NCBI GenBank assembly: GCA_000091205.1
Contig: AP006496.2
Length of the DNA stretch: 64,000 nucleotides
Strand: one strand, 5' to 3'
Origin: Cyanidioschyzon merolae
Taxonomy: Eukaryota
The stretch's first letter is position 1; each line of letters starts with the position of its first letter. A program made the translations under genes and the position numbers. The notes below the pieces were generated by a model that saw only the letters and a program-made list of their open reading frames with translations, searched no databases and was not told the DNA's origin. This document shows, piece by piece, positions 53,757 to 64,000 of this stretch.

Positions 53757-54038
53757 ATGGTTGGTAATAATACGGAAGCAGGAATGGCGAAGTTTCTGGA
53801 GTTAAAGGCAGCTTTCGAGGACGTGTATGAGGACACGACAAAGTTTTTCGAGAAAGGGAACAAGGCCGCAGCCGTTCGTGCTCGTAAGAAGCTTTTAAGG
53901 TTGCGAGAAATTGCACAAGAAATGCGTGTTCTCATTCAGCAGACGAAGGCGCAGCTAGAGCAGGAGCACAAAACCGCTCGAACCAGCGGCGGGGGTGGCG
54001 GTTTGGGCGCAGACAACCAAGTGTCCATGGGAGAGTGA
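53757..54038 (+). CDS. Small protein (93 aa, or 84 aa from the second ATG at 53784) with an Hc1-like (chlamydial histone-H1-like) N-terminal motif
   Basis: MAKFLELKAAFEDVYEDTTKFFEKGNKAAAVRARKKLLRLREIAQEMRVLIQQTKAQ against my recollection of Chlamydia Hc1 MALKDTAKKMTDLLESIQQNLLKAEKGNKAAAQRVRTESIKLEKIAKVYRKESIKAE. The EKGNKAAAxRxR core is shared, and the distance from the start is the same. There is an AT-rich tract directly upstream. It has no K/A-rich tail; it ends in a Gly run. Confidence 0.4.
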   Translation: MVGNNTEAGMAKFLELKAAFEDVYEDTTKFFEKGNKAAAVRARKKLLRLREIAQEMRVLIQQTKAQLEQEHKTARTSGGGGGLGADNQVSMGE

Positions 54039-55987
54039 GCTTTCCTTCACCGGAGCGCTGCTAAGCCACGATGGCTTTTTCGTGCTGTATTTGTTGAATC
54101 GGTAAGCGTTCAGGCTCTTGAGGTCCGCGCCCTTGAACTATTTGCTCCTGTATGACCGCAACTCGTACTGGTTTTGTTTTCTGGACATCGTCCTGAGCCT
54201 TCCCACGGTTCGTCGCCTGTTTCGGCCGCCACAGCTGATACTTTGCAGGCCACGTGCAGGGTCTCCAGAGGCAGGCCGAAGTTTTCTCCGTACGCGGAGG
54301 GTTCGTGGCGGATCGATGAGTCCGTCAGGTTTCTCTAATTCCGAAACTATGCATAGAATCGACGTTCTCTGTGATGAAAGATAGTTTGAGCCAAAGATAT
54401 TGCAGCAACGAATTGTGAGCCGCTTGCATCGGACTCAACGTGACTAGCAGCCGTACCAGAGGAAGTAAAGATCCCGAATGGTTCCTAAATAGTTCTCTCG
54501 TGTCATGGTTGGAACTCCCGGTCAAATGAATGGTCAGGGGATTTTCTGGAATGTGTTCCACGACGAATACTGGGGCTCGTTTTGATTGTATTCCATTTTG
54601 CGGCCTGAGGGTTTCCGAATGAAGGGTTTCCAATTCTGATTAATTTATGCTGCGAAGATCGGACACTCTTGCTGATAGAAGCTGCTGACGCCCGTAAGGA
54701 ATGCCCCACACGAGAGCAAACTTGCCAACGGCTCTTCGATACCAGCACGCTCTTCGTTAGAGCGAAGCCGTTCACCCTAGAGCCACAGGTGCGTCGAGAG
54801 GACTTAGAGTTCCCGGTTAGTTTTGGACGTGCCTGTTACTCGTTGTTTTGGCCGCCAGTCGTGTCGGATAAGGCGACTCGACCTGACACGGAGCGGGCTC
54901 TTGACATATAAAAGAAGAGGCGGCGCGGCAAGGGATCCAACGGGAAGCAGGGAGGGAACGTGTCCGTCTGTTCCATCACGGACCTGATCAGTGATCCTGC
55001 AGCTAAGTCTTTCGATTGGGGAGGGTCTGCACCAATGTATACCTTTGAACAGAGGGATCCAGAGCGATCGAGGCCGTTCGCCTCGCACAAGGCACGAGGC
55101 GTCGTTTACAGAGCGACGCCCCTTTCATGAGGCGTACCCGGCGTGCTCGCTGCTGCCTTACCGAGCGGAACGTTATCCCTGGCGTCTGATGAGAACACTT
55201 TCCCGCTATATTCTACAGAACCGCTTTCGGCTCCTGGGCTCAAGACAGCTCTTGTCCTCTACATCCAGCGCGTTGCAGCGCATGAATCTACAGTGAGTCT
55301 GCTGCATATCCTGCACGTTTGCGAACCAAGCTGAGCACAGCTCGTGCACTCCTATGCAAAAATGGCTACTCTTTTGATCTTCAGCATGTTGCAGCATTCG
55401 AATCGGAACAGCGACCCGTTACCGAACATGTCTCCAGTTTTTGGACGTCGCTGCGGAAAGGAAATGCACCAGCCGATGATGCAGAGTGTACAGATCCGTA
55501 TCATCCTGATGGTGACGCTGCTGGCTTGGATTCGTTCAAACTATCGGGACACTGGGTCGGAGCCTCGCTATCACTTTAAATGCAATCCGCGTGAGCCTCG
55601 AGTGTACCTGTTGATGGAGGAATTTCGAATCTTTGGAAACTGGAGCGCTTGGTGCCCACGGCGCTGCATTTACCCCACTCGTCCCGTGGAGAGAAGCTCG
55701 CTCTGACTTCTATCCTGGTTGTCCAACTGGTGCATTCTATAGCCGGATCGGGCCATGGACGAACGATTGGGCATTCAGCGACCGCCTGAGACACGTCGCA
55801 TCTACGTACTGTACTTGCGTGCGATGAAAATGGAACACTGATCTGCTCGCTCTGTTCCTGTCTTTCTATTTTTGCTATACTTTTTTAGACTTGCAACCTC
55901 GGCATTTGAAGTGCAGCAATACGCGCAGACGAAGTCAGACGTCGTTTCAGTATCGTCGGCAGTATTTTTGGAATGCCTCCCTCGGCA

Positions 55988-57192
55988 CTCTGGCGCTGGT
56001 ATTCGGTGGCTCACCGGACTCTAGGCGACTCGCGACATCATGGGACAGCGGTTTGTAGCAAAACCAATACCATGATCCAATACCTACATTCACGCCTGCA
56101 CACTTCTCCTTTCCTTATGTGCAGAATGCTCAAATCACATATGCGTCAGCTATCCTGCATTTCTGTTTCAAGGCAACACGTTGGCGCAGAGGCCTGCGCT
56201 GCTTTATGGACGCCGAGAAACGCTCAAAGTCTGCTTTCGACATCTTGCTCACAGCACGATGCCTAAAGCTCACTGTGCTTGTCACCTGAGATCATTGACC
56301 TGGTTCCGAAGGCAGATGCTCTTTGGTTCGTGGCCATCGACCCAGCGGCATTCAACAGCAGCATGTCGCCTGTCAGGGAGTACGCTCACAGAGCATCGCG
56401 GCTCCTGTGCCTACACAGCACCGTGTACTGGACTCGGACCCTAGTTATCGCAGCGAGCGCCTCCACTGGAGAACGCGTCAGCGCTGTGCAAGACGCGCGC
56501 GTGGGCGAATCGCACCGCCGCGAATTCTTCGTCTGGCCGGACTTCCCTCTGGCACTTGTTTCATATGGGCAAGAAGGCGTCCCGCAAGTCCTTTATTGGA
56601 GCGAGCACCGTGCGCGTGCACATACAGCGAACAACGTAGATACCAAAGGCACCGCCCAGAACAAGCCCGTGATTCAGATGTACGGCACTGGGCGGGGATA
56701 TGGAAGAGTGCATCGAGTGGAGCCTCCTGCACCCGCCAAGGGCGTCTACCGAGCACTGAGGCAAGCGTTCACGCGCCACAGAGCGGCGTTCAGAGAGGCA
56801 CGTGTTCTTAACCTGCGAAAACACCTGAGTGCGATCAAATGTCATCGTGGTGACGGGCAGTCTGCGTCCGAGTACAGAGAGGATGAAAAACGGCAGACGG
56901 GTTGTGCATTGCAACTTCCGCTCGTGCACGAAATGCGTCGACAACTGCCGGGAACGGCGCAGTCGGGACTTGAACGCTCCCGTCGACATCTGTCGACGGC
57001 TGACATCGCAGCTGGGAGAGGTTCATGAGCGACAGGCGCATGTAAATCCGAAGGTAAGAGAGAGCGAAAACAGCAGGCAGCTCAAAGGCACGCGGAGGCC
57101 CATGTTGGAAGGCATTGGCAATAGACCCGAACTTTTGAACGGACGCTCGAGTCATCTGTTTGTAGGCCTTCCCGTTTCGTCTGATATGGGTG
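55988..57192 (+). repeat. Inverted-repeat arm 2
   Basis: See arm 1. Its outer end lies 44 bp from an in-frame ATG (57236) upstream of the SHMT conserved start. Confidence 0.85.
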
Positions 57193-57454
57193 TAGGTATG
57201 CAACGCATCCGCGTGCTTGCGAACGTGCGTCGATTATGTACATAACTGGACACTACTGGCCACTTGCTCTGATCGTCGCCGCGGGGAGCTGGCGCACGGC
57301 CTCGGGGCCTGCCCTCGGCACCGGCCCCGCAGCCGATGCCGGTACGCGCCGTGGGCCGTGCCAATCCAGAATCGTATCCACGACACTAGTGCTTACGATT
57401 CGGTGTGAAGCACAGTTTTCGCAAGCCACAGTTGTTCACTTTTGCGCTATCAAC

Positions 57455-58852
57455 ATGGTTAACTCTGTGTATAGAGAGTGCTATGATGACAGTCACTATC
57501 GACCGGAGTTTGAGGGGTTCATTGGGAACCGTCCTCTGGAAGAAGTAGATCCCGAGGTTGTGACGCTCATCCGGGCCGAGAAACAACGTCAGGCCGGCGG
57601 TTTGGAACTGATAGCCTCCGAGAACTTTACCTCAAGGGCCGTTATGGAAGCACTTGGATCATGTTTCACAAATAAATACTCGGAAGGGTATCCTGGAAAG
57701 CGATACTATGGTGGCACGGAGGTTGTTGATGAATTGGAGCGCCTGGTGCAGCAACGTGCGCTGAGCCTCTTTGGGCTCGACCCACAAGAGTGGGCGGTTA
57801 ATGTCCAACCGTACTCTGGGTCGCCGGCCAACTTTGCAGTGTACACCGCGTTACTAAAGCCGCATGATCGAATCATGGGCCTGGGGTTACCCTCGGGTGG
57901 GCACTTGACGCACGGCTTTTACACTGCGAAAGGAAAGCGGATCTCCGCAACCTCGATATACTTCGAGTCCCTTCCGTACCAGGTCCATCCTCAGACAGGT
58001 TATGTTGACTACGATCGTCTAGAAGAGCTGGCACTGCTGTACCGCCCTCGACTCATTATCTGTGGGGCGTCGGCGTACGCACGCGACTGGGACTATGCGC
58101 GGATGCGCGAGATCGCCGACAAGGCCGGCGCGATGCTCATGTGCGACATGGCGCACTACTCGGGTCTCGTCGCTGCAGGGGAGCTCACTTCGCCGTTTCC
58201 GTTCTGCGATGTTGTAACGACAACTACGCACAAGTCGCTGCGCGGGCCAAGACAGGGCATGATTTTCTGTCGCCGTCAGTACGAAGCGGATATAAATGAG
58301 GCGGTCTTCCCGGGGTGTCAGGGAGGCCCTCACAATGCAACAATGGCAGCGCTTGGTGTTGCTTTGAAAGAAGCGATGACGCCTGAGTTTCGCGCCTATC
58401 AGCAGCAGGTTCGCGCAAATGCGAAAGCACTCGCCGGGGCATTGCAGGCCCGGGGCTATACAATCGTCACCGGTGGTACGGATAACCACCTAGTGCTTTG
58501 GGACCTGAGGCCAGAGGGCCTCACGGGTAACAAAGTTCAGAAGCTCTGCGATCAAATCAACATAACCCTGAATATGAACGCGGTTCCTGGTGATACGAAC
58601 GCACTCTCTCCTGGCGGCGTGCGTCTAGGCACGCCTGCGCTCACTAGCCGTGGTTTCAGGGAAAAGGACTTTGAGCAGGTGGCTGAGTTTCTCCACCAGG
58701 CCGTCCAACTTTGTCTCAAAATCCAAAAGGATTCCGGAAAGAAGCTTGCAGATTTCGAGCGTGCCCTTGAAGGTCGTCCTGAGCTCGCAACGCTGCGCGA
58801 CCAAGTGCGGGCCTTTGCCTTGCGGTTTCCAATGCCCGGCGGGCCGCGTTAA
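57455..58852 (+). CDS. SHMT: Serine hydroxymethyltransferase, 466 aa from MVNSV (539 aa if read from the ATG at 57236)
   Basis: [70 protein letters not shown]...[10 protein letters not shown]...[18 protein letters not shown] is canonical SHMT, including the PLP-Lys segment [10 protein letters not shown]. The extension from 57236 is hydrophobic, then S/T/R/A-rich ([12 protein letters not shown]...[21 protein letters not shown]), and could be a targeting presequence. Confidence 0.9.
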   Translation: MVNSVYRECYDDSHYRPEFEGFIGNRPLEEVDPEVVTLIRAEKQRQAGGLELIASENFTSRAVMEALGSCFTNKYSEGYPGKRYYGGTEVVDELERLVQQRALSLFGLDPQEWAVNVQPYSGSPANFAVYTALLKPHDRIMGLGLPSGGHLTHGFYTAKGKRISATSIYFESLPYQVHPQTGYVDYDRLEELALLYRPRLIICGASAYARDWDYARMREIADKAGAMLMCDMAHYSGLVAAGELTSPFPFCDVVTTTTHKSLRGPRQGMIFCRRQYEADINEAVFPGCQGGPHNATMAALGVALKEAMTPEFRAYQQQVRANAKALAGALQARGYTIVTGGTDNHLVLWDLRPEGLTGNKVQKLCDQINITLNMNAVPGDTNALSPGGVRLGTPALTSRGFREKDFEQVAEFLHQAVQLCLKIQKDSGKKLADFERALEGRPELATLRDQVRAFALRFPMPGGPR

Positions 58853-60046
58853 TGTGGACTATACCTCGAAGCAGAACATGCTGGTCATGCGCTTATTCCG
58901 ATGAGACTCTCTCGCTTTCATCTGCACAGTGCGCAAATACCATTGGGCGGACAAATGCAATCCCAGTGTACATTTGCTTGGATTCTAAACAAGAGACCTG
59001 GTGTTGAGCATCTTCGTGGATTCCGCATTGCCATTAGATATGGCCTAATGGAGTCTGCTCGAGCTGCGCGGAAACCTCCGTTTTCTAGACCACTCTCCAC
59101 AGTGGACAAAGTCCGCGTATTCTGCCTTTAATCGGCATCCATGGAGCGCTGCCGTGCGACAGATGCCGAGACCCTGGCGTTCTTCATCCATTATCGTACC
59201 AATATCAGCGCCGGAGGCACAGTTTACACAAGAGACGATTGCCATCGCAGCCGGTTAGACGAGGCACTCGGAGCGTTGCGTCGTTCTCTCCCAGACACGC
59301 CTGGTGCGTCTTCGCTGTGCACGTCATTTGCGTCAATGGACACGCATGACGCGTCTACGACACGCATGTGATGGGTATCAGCGACACACGCATGGTGTCG
59401 TCGGGTGAAGCGTTCCACACCGTTTCGCATCCAAGAATGGCGCTAAACAGCGCTTCTTCGGACGCGTCTCGCGAGGCTGTAGTGACTCACTGCTCGCAGA
59501 GGTAACCTGTCGCTATCATGAGGCATCGTCACTTGACCGTGCGCATTTTGGCCGCTATTCCGTCGGAAACGGATCTGGATAGGTAACGTACCTATGTCCA
59601 GTGCGCAAATCGGCCTCGCATTCCCACCGGCCATCGTGCTTTTTCCGGGAATACCCCATGCGCATGTCAAGCGCACATCACGAGGGCTGTTCGGGCATAC
59701 CGGCATTGTTCGGATGCCTTGACGAACGTCTCGATTAGGGCGCCAGAGGCGTAGCGCGGCAGCACCGAATGGCCCGGTACACTCGTCTTCTATGAGATGT
59801 GCAGTCCCGCTCGATGCGCCGTGCTCGAAACGTACACATCGCACAGCAATGCATCGGGTAACCGCATAAACACGTGAACATACAGCAACAGATTTCCTGA
59901 TCGCCTACAATATGCTCTTCTCTGAATGTCTGTGTTCCATGATATGAATCGCATGCACCAATCTCTTCATGGACACTGTGCTGGCGAGCGAGCAATCCTC
60001 CAGTCGCTAGCATACGGTGACAAACTCCGCGACTCGGCAACCGGCG

Positions 60047-62413
60047 CTATCGCAGCCCCGTGCTCGCGTCATCCTGCACGGCCGCGTATGGTGAACGCGG
60101 CACTGGCACGAATACTTTTTCGAGAAAGCGGCGAAATCGCCGCGCATACGAGCTCGGTTCGATAACACTAATGCTATCGTGAAGACAGAGTAGGTGCGCT
60201 TTCCCGAAATGTTCGAGTTTCTTTTCTGCATTATATCGATCGAGGACGTCGATAATACCGAAAAAGAGCCGCGCCTCCTCCCCGTTCTCCAGCAAACCGA
60301 CCCAACTGTTTGCATGTCGGGCGTCCCGTTCGCGCAGACGGCGCCATGATTCTGCTGAAACCGGCAAGTTTGCCGATGTGTCCACGTACTGCAAGCCGAG
60401 CAGAAAAGAGTAATCCATGATATGAACGCTTTCCAGGAACAGGCAATCCATATCGATTTGGTTGAGCATTCTGCGTCTCAGTCGTCGGTCAATAGCGATA
60501 GGACCCACACCGTCTCGAAACAGGTCTAGGTCCTTTCGGGGTTGTCTTGGATCCAACTCCTGGGACGCTCTGCAGAGAAGGCTTGGTCGAAACCGCTGCT
60601 GCGGGGCCGTCTGCTGCTCGTCGTCGTTTGAGAGAACATGCGACGCCGGAGTCCGTGAAAACCTGCCATGCGTACTGCCTTTGAGATCATAGCGCAAATG
60701 AATTGGTGTTCGGGTTGGCAGGAAATTGCTCATGACGACCATACGGATGCGACGCCGCCGCAATCCAAGACGGTGGGTCGTTACACGATGCAGGCCGAAA
60801 AAGCGCGTGATGAGAGATTCCGGATTCTTCATCATGTGAAAGTAGTACTGGGGAAGAATGCTGAGCAGGACACTGGCTTCCTGCTTGGACAGTGTCTTCA
60901 GAATGAAACGGTCATCGCTGCTGTAGTAGAAGAGCGAGCCGCTCTTTCCGGCAGTGGTCGCCTCCCTGAGGGCCTCCTCGCCGCACAGCGAGCGCAGATA
61001 CGATGTAGGACTAATCCCATAACGCTGCCTCAATTGGCGGAATACCATCGGGGCATAGTCTTTGAAAGTGAAGCACTTCTCGATGGGGGGCGTGTCTGAT
61101 GAGCCCACTGCCGGAAAGCGGATCGTGTTGCTGGTCCGAAAATCAGCCATGCAGAGGTTCCGCGGCGCCAACGCGTTCTGTCGCTCCACCGTGTAGCGTA
61201 TTCCAGCTTTGATCTGCATCATCAAATGATAAGAGCGATGACCCTTGTAGATGACCTCGCCGTGGCGGATTTGGAAATTGCCGCGCCTGGTGAATGGATG
61301 CAGTAGGTTGTAGGTGCCAATGACACCGGCTGAATGGCACGATCCAGTTGCTGACGCATGGCCAACCGGTTGGAGCGCGCCCCGTGCAGACCCCGGAAGC
61401 GGCGACTTGGGCGGCATCGCCGGCAGCGCATCAATGTACAGGTGCACGGCGGGTTCCACAACGAGCGGCGGCAACGGTGGCGGCAGCACCGTATGGGATC
61501 CGCGTCTCACGTCGCGTCGGCGGTGTGTACTTCGCGCATCGGCATGCACAGCGGCATAGGCGCCATGCTCGAAACTGCCGTCCCCGAGGCCTGCAGCACC
61601 TACAATGGTGGCCGGCCTGGATTCGGAAAAAGGCACCGAGGCGAATCCGTTCACAGAAAGTTGCTGCCCACTGCTAGCACTCGAAGATGATTGTGGTTCA
61701 ATGGATGAGCTATGCGCGGTACCCATAGCGTGCTCGGCGCGCATGACGCGCGAGGTAGCGCTTGTCGAGACGCTCAGGGGCGCTACTTCCAGGGTACCCG
61801 ATTGCTGTGAATACGTGCTATTGGTCGTTCCGGAGTGTACAGAGTTATTTTCGGCGTTCGTCAACAAGACTAGCCTTGACTTTGTTGGTTCGGCGTTCTC
61901 TTCGGTAGCTGCAACAGTGACCTGAAGCGGTGGCGGTCGTCGAAGTCGTCTACCAAGCGACATTCGCACTTCAGTTCTGCTTTCCGCACGTTTGCGTGCG
62001 TCCGAGTCGTCTGTTGCGTCGTCGAGTGTTGTGCCAGCGCTACCGCTACCACTGCGGTCGCTGCCGCCCTGTTCCATTGTTCCCTGCTTTTCGGGTGTGT
62101 CCGAGGCAGGCGCTGCGCAAGCGCTGGACACCAAAAGAGAACCAGCAACTGCAGGCGCAACGGCCGCTTTCTGTAAGCTTTCTGCTGCCTCAACGGTAGC
62201 TAGATAGCTTCCCGCATCATTAGACAACGAGCTGTTGTTTTTGGGGTCGGTGAAATGGACCTCCTCAGTGTTGTTGGCGTCCTCAGCGGCAGCGCCCAGC
62301 TCGGTCGTCAGTGTTCGCGCCATAGACACATGCTGCTCCTTCTCTTTGCCAGATGTTCGGGACAATCTAGAGGTTTCAGTATGAGTATCCTCCAGAGAAA
62401 GAGCGACGCCCAT
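60047..62413 (-). CDS. PIP5K: Phosphatidylinositol 4-phosphate 5-kinase (PIPK domain), 788 aa
   Basis: Kinase core SGSLFYYSSDDRFILKTLSKQEASVLLSILPQYYFHMMKNPESLITRFFGLHRV...IMDYSFLLGLQY...GIIDVLDRYNAEKKLEH. The N-terminus MGVALS fits an N-myristoylation pattern. The N-terminal half is long and S/A-rich and low in complexity. Confidence 0.85.
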   Translation of the reverse strand: MGVALSLEDTHTETSRLSRTSGKEKEQHVSMARTLTTELGAAAEDANNTEEVHFTDPKNNSSLSNDAGSYLATVEAAESLQKAAVAPAVAGSLLVSSACAAPASDTPEKQGTMEQGGSDRSGSGSAGTTLDDATDDSDARKRAESRTEVRMSLGRRLRRPPPLQVTVAATEENAEPTKSRLVLLTNAENNSVHSGTTNSTYSQQSGTLEVAPLSVSTSATSRVMRAEHAMGTAHSSSIEPQSSSSASSGQQLSVNGFASVPFSESRPATIVGAAGLGDGSFEHGAYAAVHADARSTHRRRDVRRGSHTVLPPPLPPLVVEPAVHLYIDALPAMPPKSPLPGSARGALQPVGHASATGSCHSAGVIGTYNLLHPFTRRGNFQIRHGEVIYKGHRSYHLMMQIKAGIRYTVERQNALAPRNLCMADFRTSNTIRFPAVGSSDTPPIEKCFTFKDYAPMVFRQLRQRYGISPTSYLRSLCGEEALREATTAGKSGSLFYYSSDDRFILKTLSKQEASVLLSILPQYYFHMMKNPESLITRFFGLHRVTTHRLGLRRRRIRMVVMSNFLPTRTPIHLRYDLKGSTHGRFSRTPASHVLSNDDEQQTAPQQRFRPSLLCRASQELDPRQPRKDLDLFRDGVGPIAIDRRLRRRMLNQIDMDCLFLESVHIMDYSFLLGLQYVDTSANLPVSAESWRRLRERDARHANSWVGLLENGEEARLFFGIIDVLDRYNAEKKLEHFGKAHLLCLHDSISVIEPSSYARRFRRFLEKVFVPVPRSPYAAVQDDASTGLR

Positions 62414-64000
62414 AAAGTTTACAACAATCGTCCGGAAATCATGGCACTGCGTCGGAGAAAGCTCAAATCCAGTTGAAAGACAAAACGGTTGTCGACGAAT
62501 GCCGCTGGCGCCGCTGGCGAACGCTGCTGGTGCTCTTGTAAATCTGGGGTTTTGTAGCTGCAGTCTATGCTGTGGCGCTTGACTCGGGTGGATCTTTTCT
62601 TGTGAAGATGTTGTGTCTGTATTTATAAGTGAGCAGGTTACAGCAACTCTGGCCTAGAGCAGGTTTTTTTGTATGTTTGATCTCTGCTAGACAGCGTTCT
62701 TTCTGTGCAGGTATTTTGTCTGTATGACGGAGTGACTGGGCCACTGCACCTTTAAACTTGAACGTACTTTTGTGTGTGATCGCCACATGTAGAAATTTGT
62801 TTCTTTTGGTGTCGAGGCCCTGAAGTTCACTTACTACGAACGATGCTCATAGACTTATCAATCTCGTAAAGCAGACTTTCGGGTCAAAGGTTGAGAACTG
62901 AGCAGGCATTGCATACGAATATTCAATCTTGTGCTGAAGCCTTCCTGCTGCTTCTGGAAACATATCGCCCCCGCCTGAGTGTTCCGAAAAGGAAGCGAAA
63001 CTTCTTTGGTCGTCATCGGCTAGAAGACTGACAGCGATCAACAGCGTATTTGGTGTGGTATTCGCCCGCAATGCCGCTTTGACGCGCACCTGCACCATAC
63101 GTTCACAGTGTCGGAGCAGCGCGTGCTGCGCGCTCAGCAGGCGCATACGAAGCTGCGGGTAGTCGTCTGAGAAGCGATCCCATGACCTGCGGTACTGGAG
63201 GCAACTGGCCTAATGCACATCCGGAGGAACCGCAGCAGGCCAGATGCAGGGGATCGTAGCCGCTTCGAGCGCATCAACACTCCATCTAGCTGCGAGATTA
63301 GAGAGCGCATTGTTGACAGATGCGCTCAGGGTCATTGACGAGCAGAAAACCGCAGTTTAAAAACATTGAATCCCACTTGTGATCCTGGGGTGCACCCAAA
63401 ACATGATGCTATGGCCATTAACTTGTATGCAATACGGCGATCTTCGCCCTCGCGCGTTACTGCAGAGGCGACAGGGAAAGATCGCCTCGCAGGCGTCACC
63501 GCCTGCGAGGCGATCGACTGCATCGCAAATGGCTCGCCATGAACCTGTTTCCGGTATACGGTTGGCGGTACGCAGAGGGTCTCGATCAGATTGAAGCTCG
63601 TTCTCCAGGCTGACGACAGCAAACGCACATTCAGGGCATTCTCGTTAGGTTCATCGATGTTACATGATCAAACAGTAAACCTGAAGTTCCGGTGGTGGCC
63701 AGCTGCCTGTATCCACGCCACGTCTGAGCTCAGCGTCGCTGGGGCTGTTCAGTCTGCAGACGCATTAGCAGGTATCCCGCTAATCGTTTGCGATTCGTTC
63801 CATAAGATCCAGGCGCACCAGATCCTATGCTTCGGTACTGGGGGAGGGTAGTGTGCCAACCTGAGAAAGCCCCGTGAGCGCTCGTTGCGGAGGCTGCCGG
63901 TCACGTGCGAGCCTGCCGTTTCGCACGCGGGTGCGGTATCATTGCCGCTTTAGCGAGTGGCGCTTTCCAGCGAACCTTTCAGTTGGAGCAAAGTTCTGCC

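Overview
This is a GC-rich (~56%), intron-poor eukaryotic nuclear segment with about one gene per 3.5 kb. Nearly every recognisable gene is a single uninterrupted ORF. Recognisable genes, with strand where it matters:
- ribosomal protein eL43/L37a
- a BT1-family folate/biopterin transporter
- a CorA/MRS2 Mg2+ channel with a GMN motif
- NDUFS6
- TRAPPC6/Trs33
- LL-diaminopimelate aminotransferase (DapL)
- DRG2 GTPase
- an ABCB half-transporter
- an MKP-like dual-specificity phosphatase
- ENY2/Sus1
- a plastidic phosphate-translocator (TPT/PPT) family member
- SHMT
- PIP5K
- several hypothetical proteins
- a minus-strand gene with a Tudor-like N-terminus that runs off the left edge and is missing from the ORF track

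DapL, the plastid-type translocator, BT1 and the near absence of introns together suggest a plastid-bearing alga; this is inference only.

The most interesting content is mobile and repeated DNA.

1. A family of eukaryotic TnpB-like (Fanzor-type) elements:
- Copy A (4.2-6.8 kb) is near-complete. It carries an ORF1 with an NLS-like K/R-rich N-terminus and an ORF2 containing the TnpB hallmarks D..PGNTN (RuvC-I), a TS plus degenerate zinc-knuckle segment, and RDFNAAINL (RuvC-III).
- Copy B (42.7-45.2 kb) is degraded: RuvC-I D to A, multiple stop codons.
- Copy C (22.4-23.0 kb) is an internally deleted ~0.6-kb derivative that keeps both element ends and a RuvC-III remnant.
- Copy D (48.4-48.9 kb) is a divergent relic.
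- A 50-nt block at the 3' end is far more conserved between copies than the coding sequence. It is a candidate omega-RNA scaffold or right-end.

2. An unclassified dispersed repeat family of ~0.6 kb with 6 copies at 65-75% identity. Two of those copies lie inside the arms of a ~1.2-kb, ~99%-identical inverted repeat at 51.66-52.86 and 55.99-57.19 kb. The 3.1-kb spacer between the arms encodes a small ORF with a bacterial Hc1 (chlamydial histone-H1-like) motif, EKGNKAAAxRxRK.

3. Two long-unit minisatellites in promoter regions: 129 bp x5 and 123 bp x3.3.

4. Several coding microsatellites.

No rRNA, tRNA or CRISPR features could be supported by eye. All coordinates of repeat and element boundaries are approximate. 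The ORF track uses alternative start codons, so the CDS starts given here are the first plausible ATG and are uncertain.
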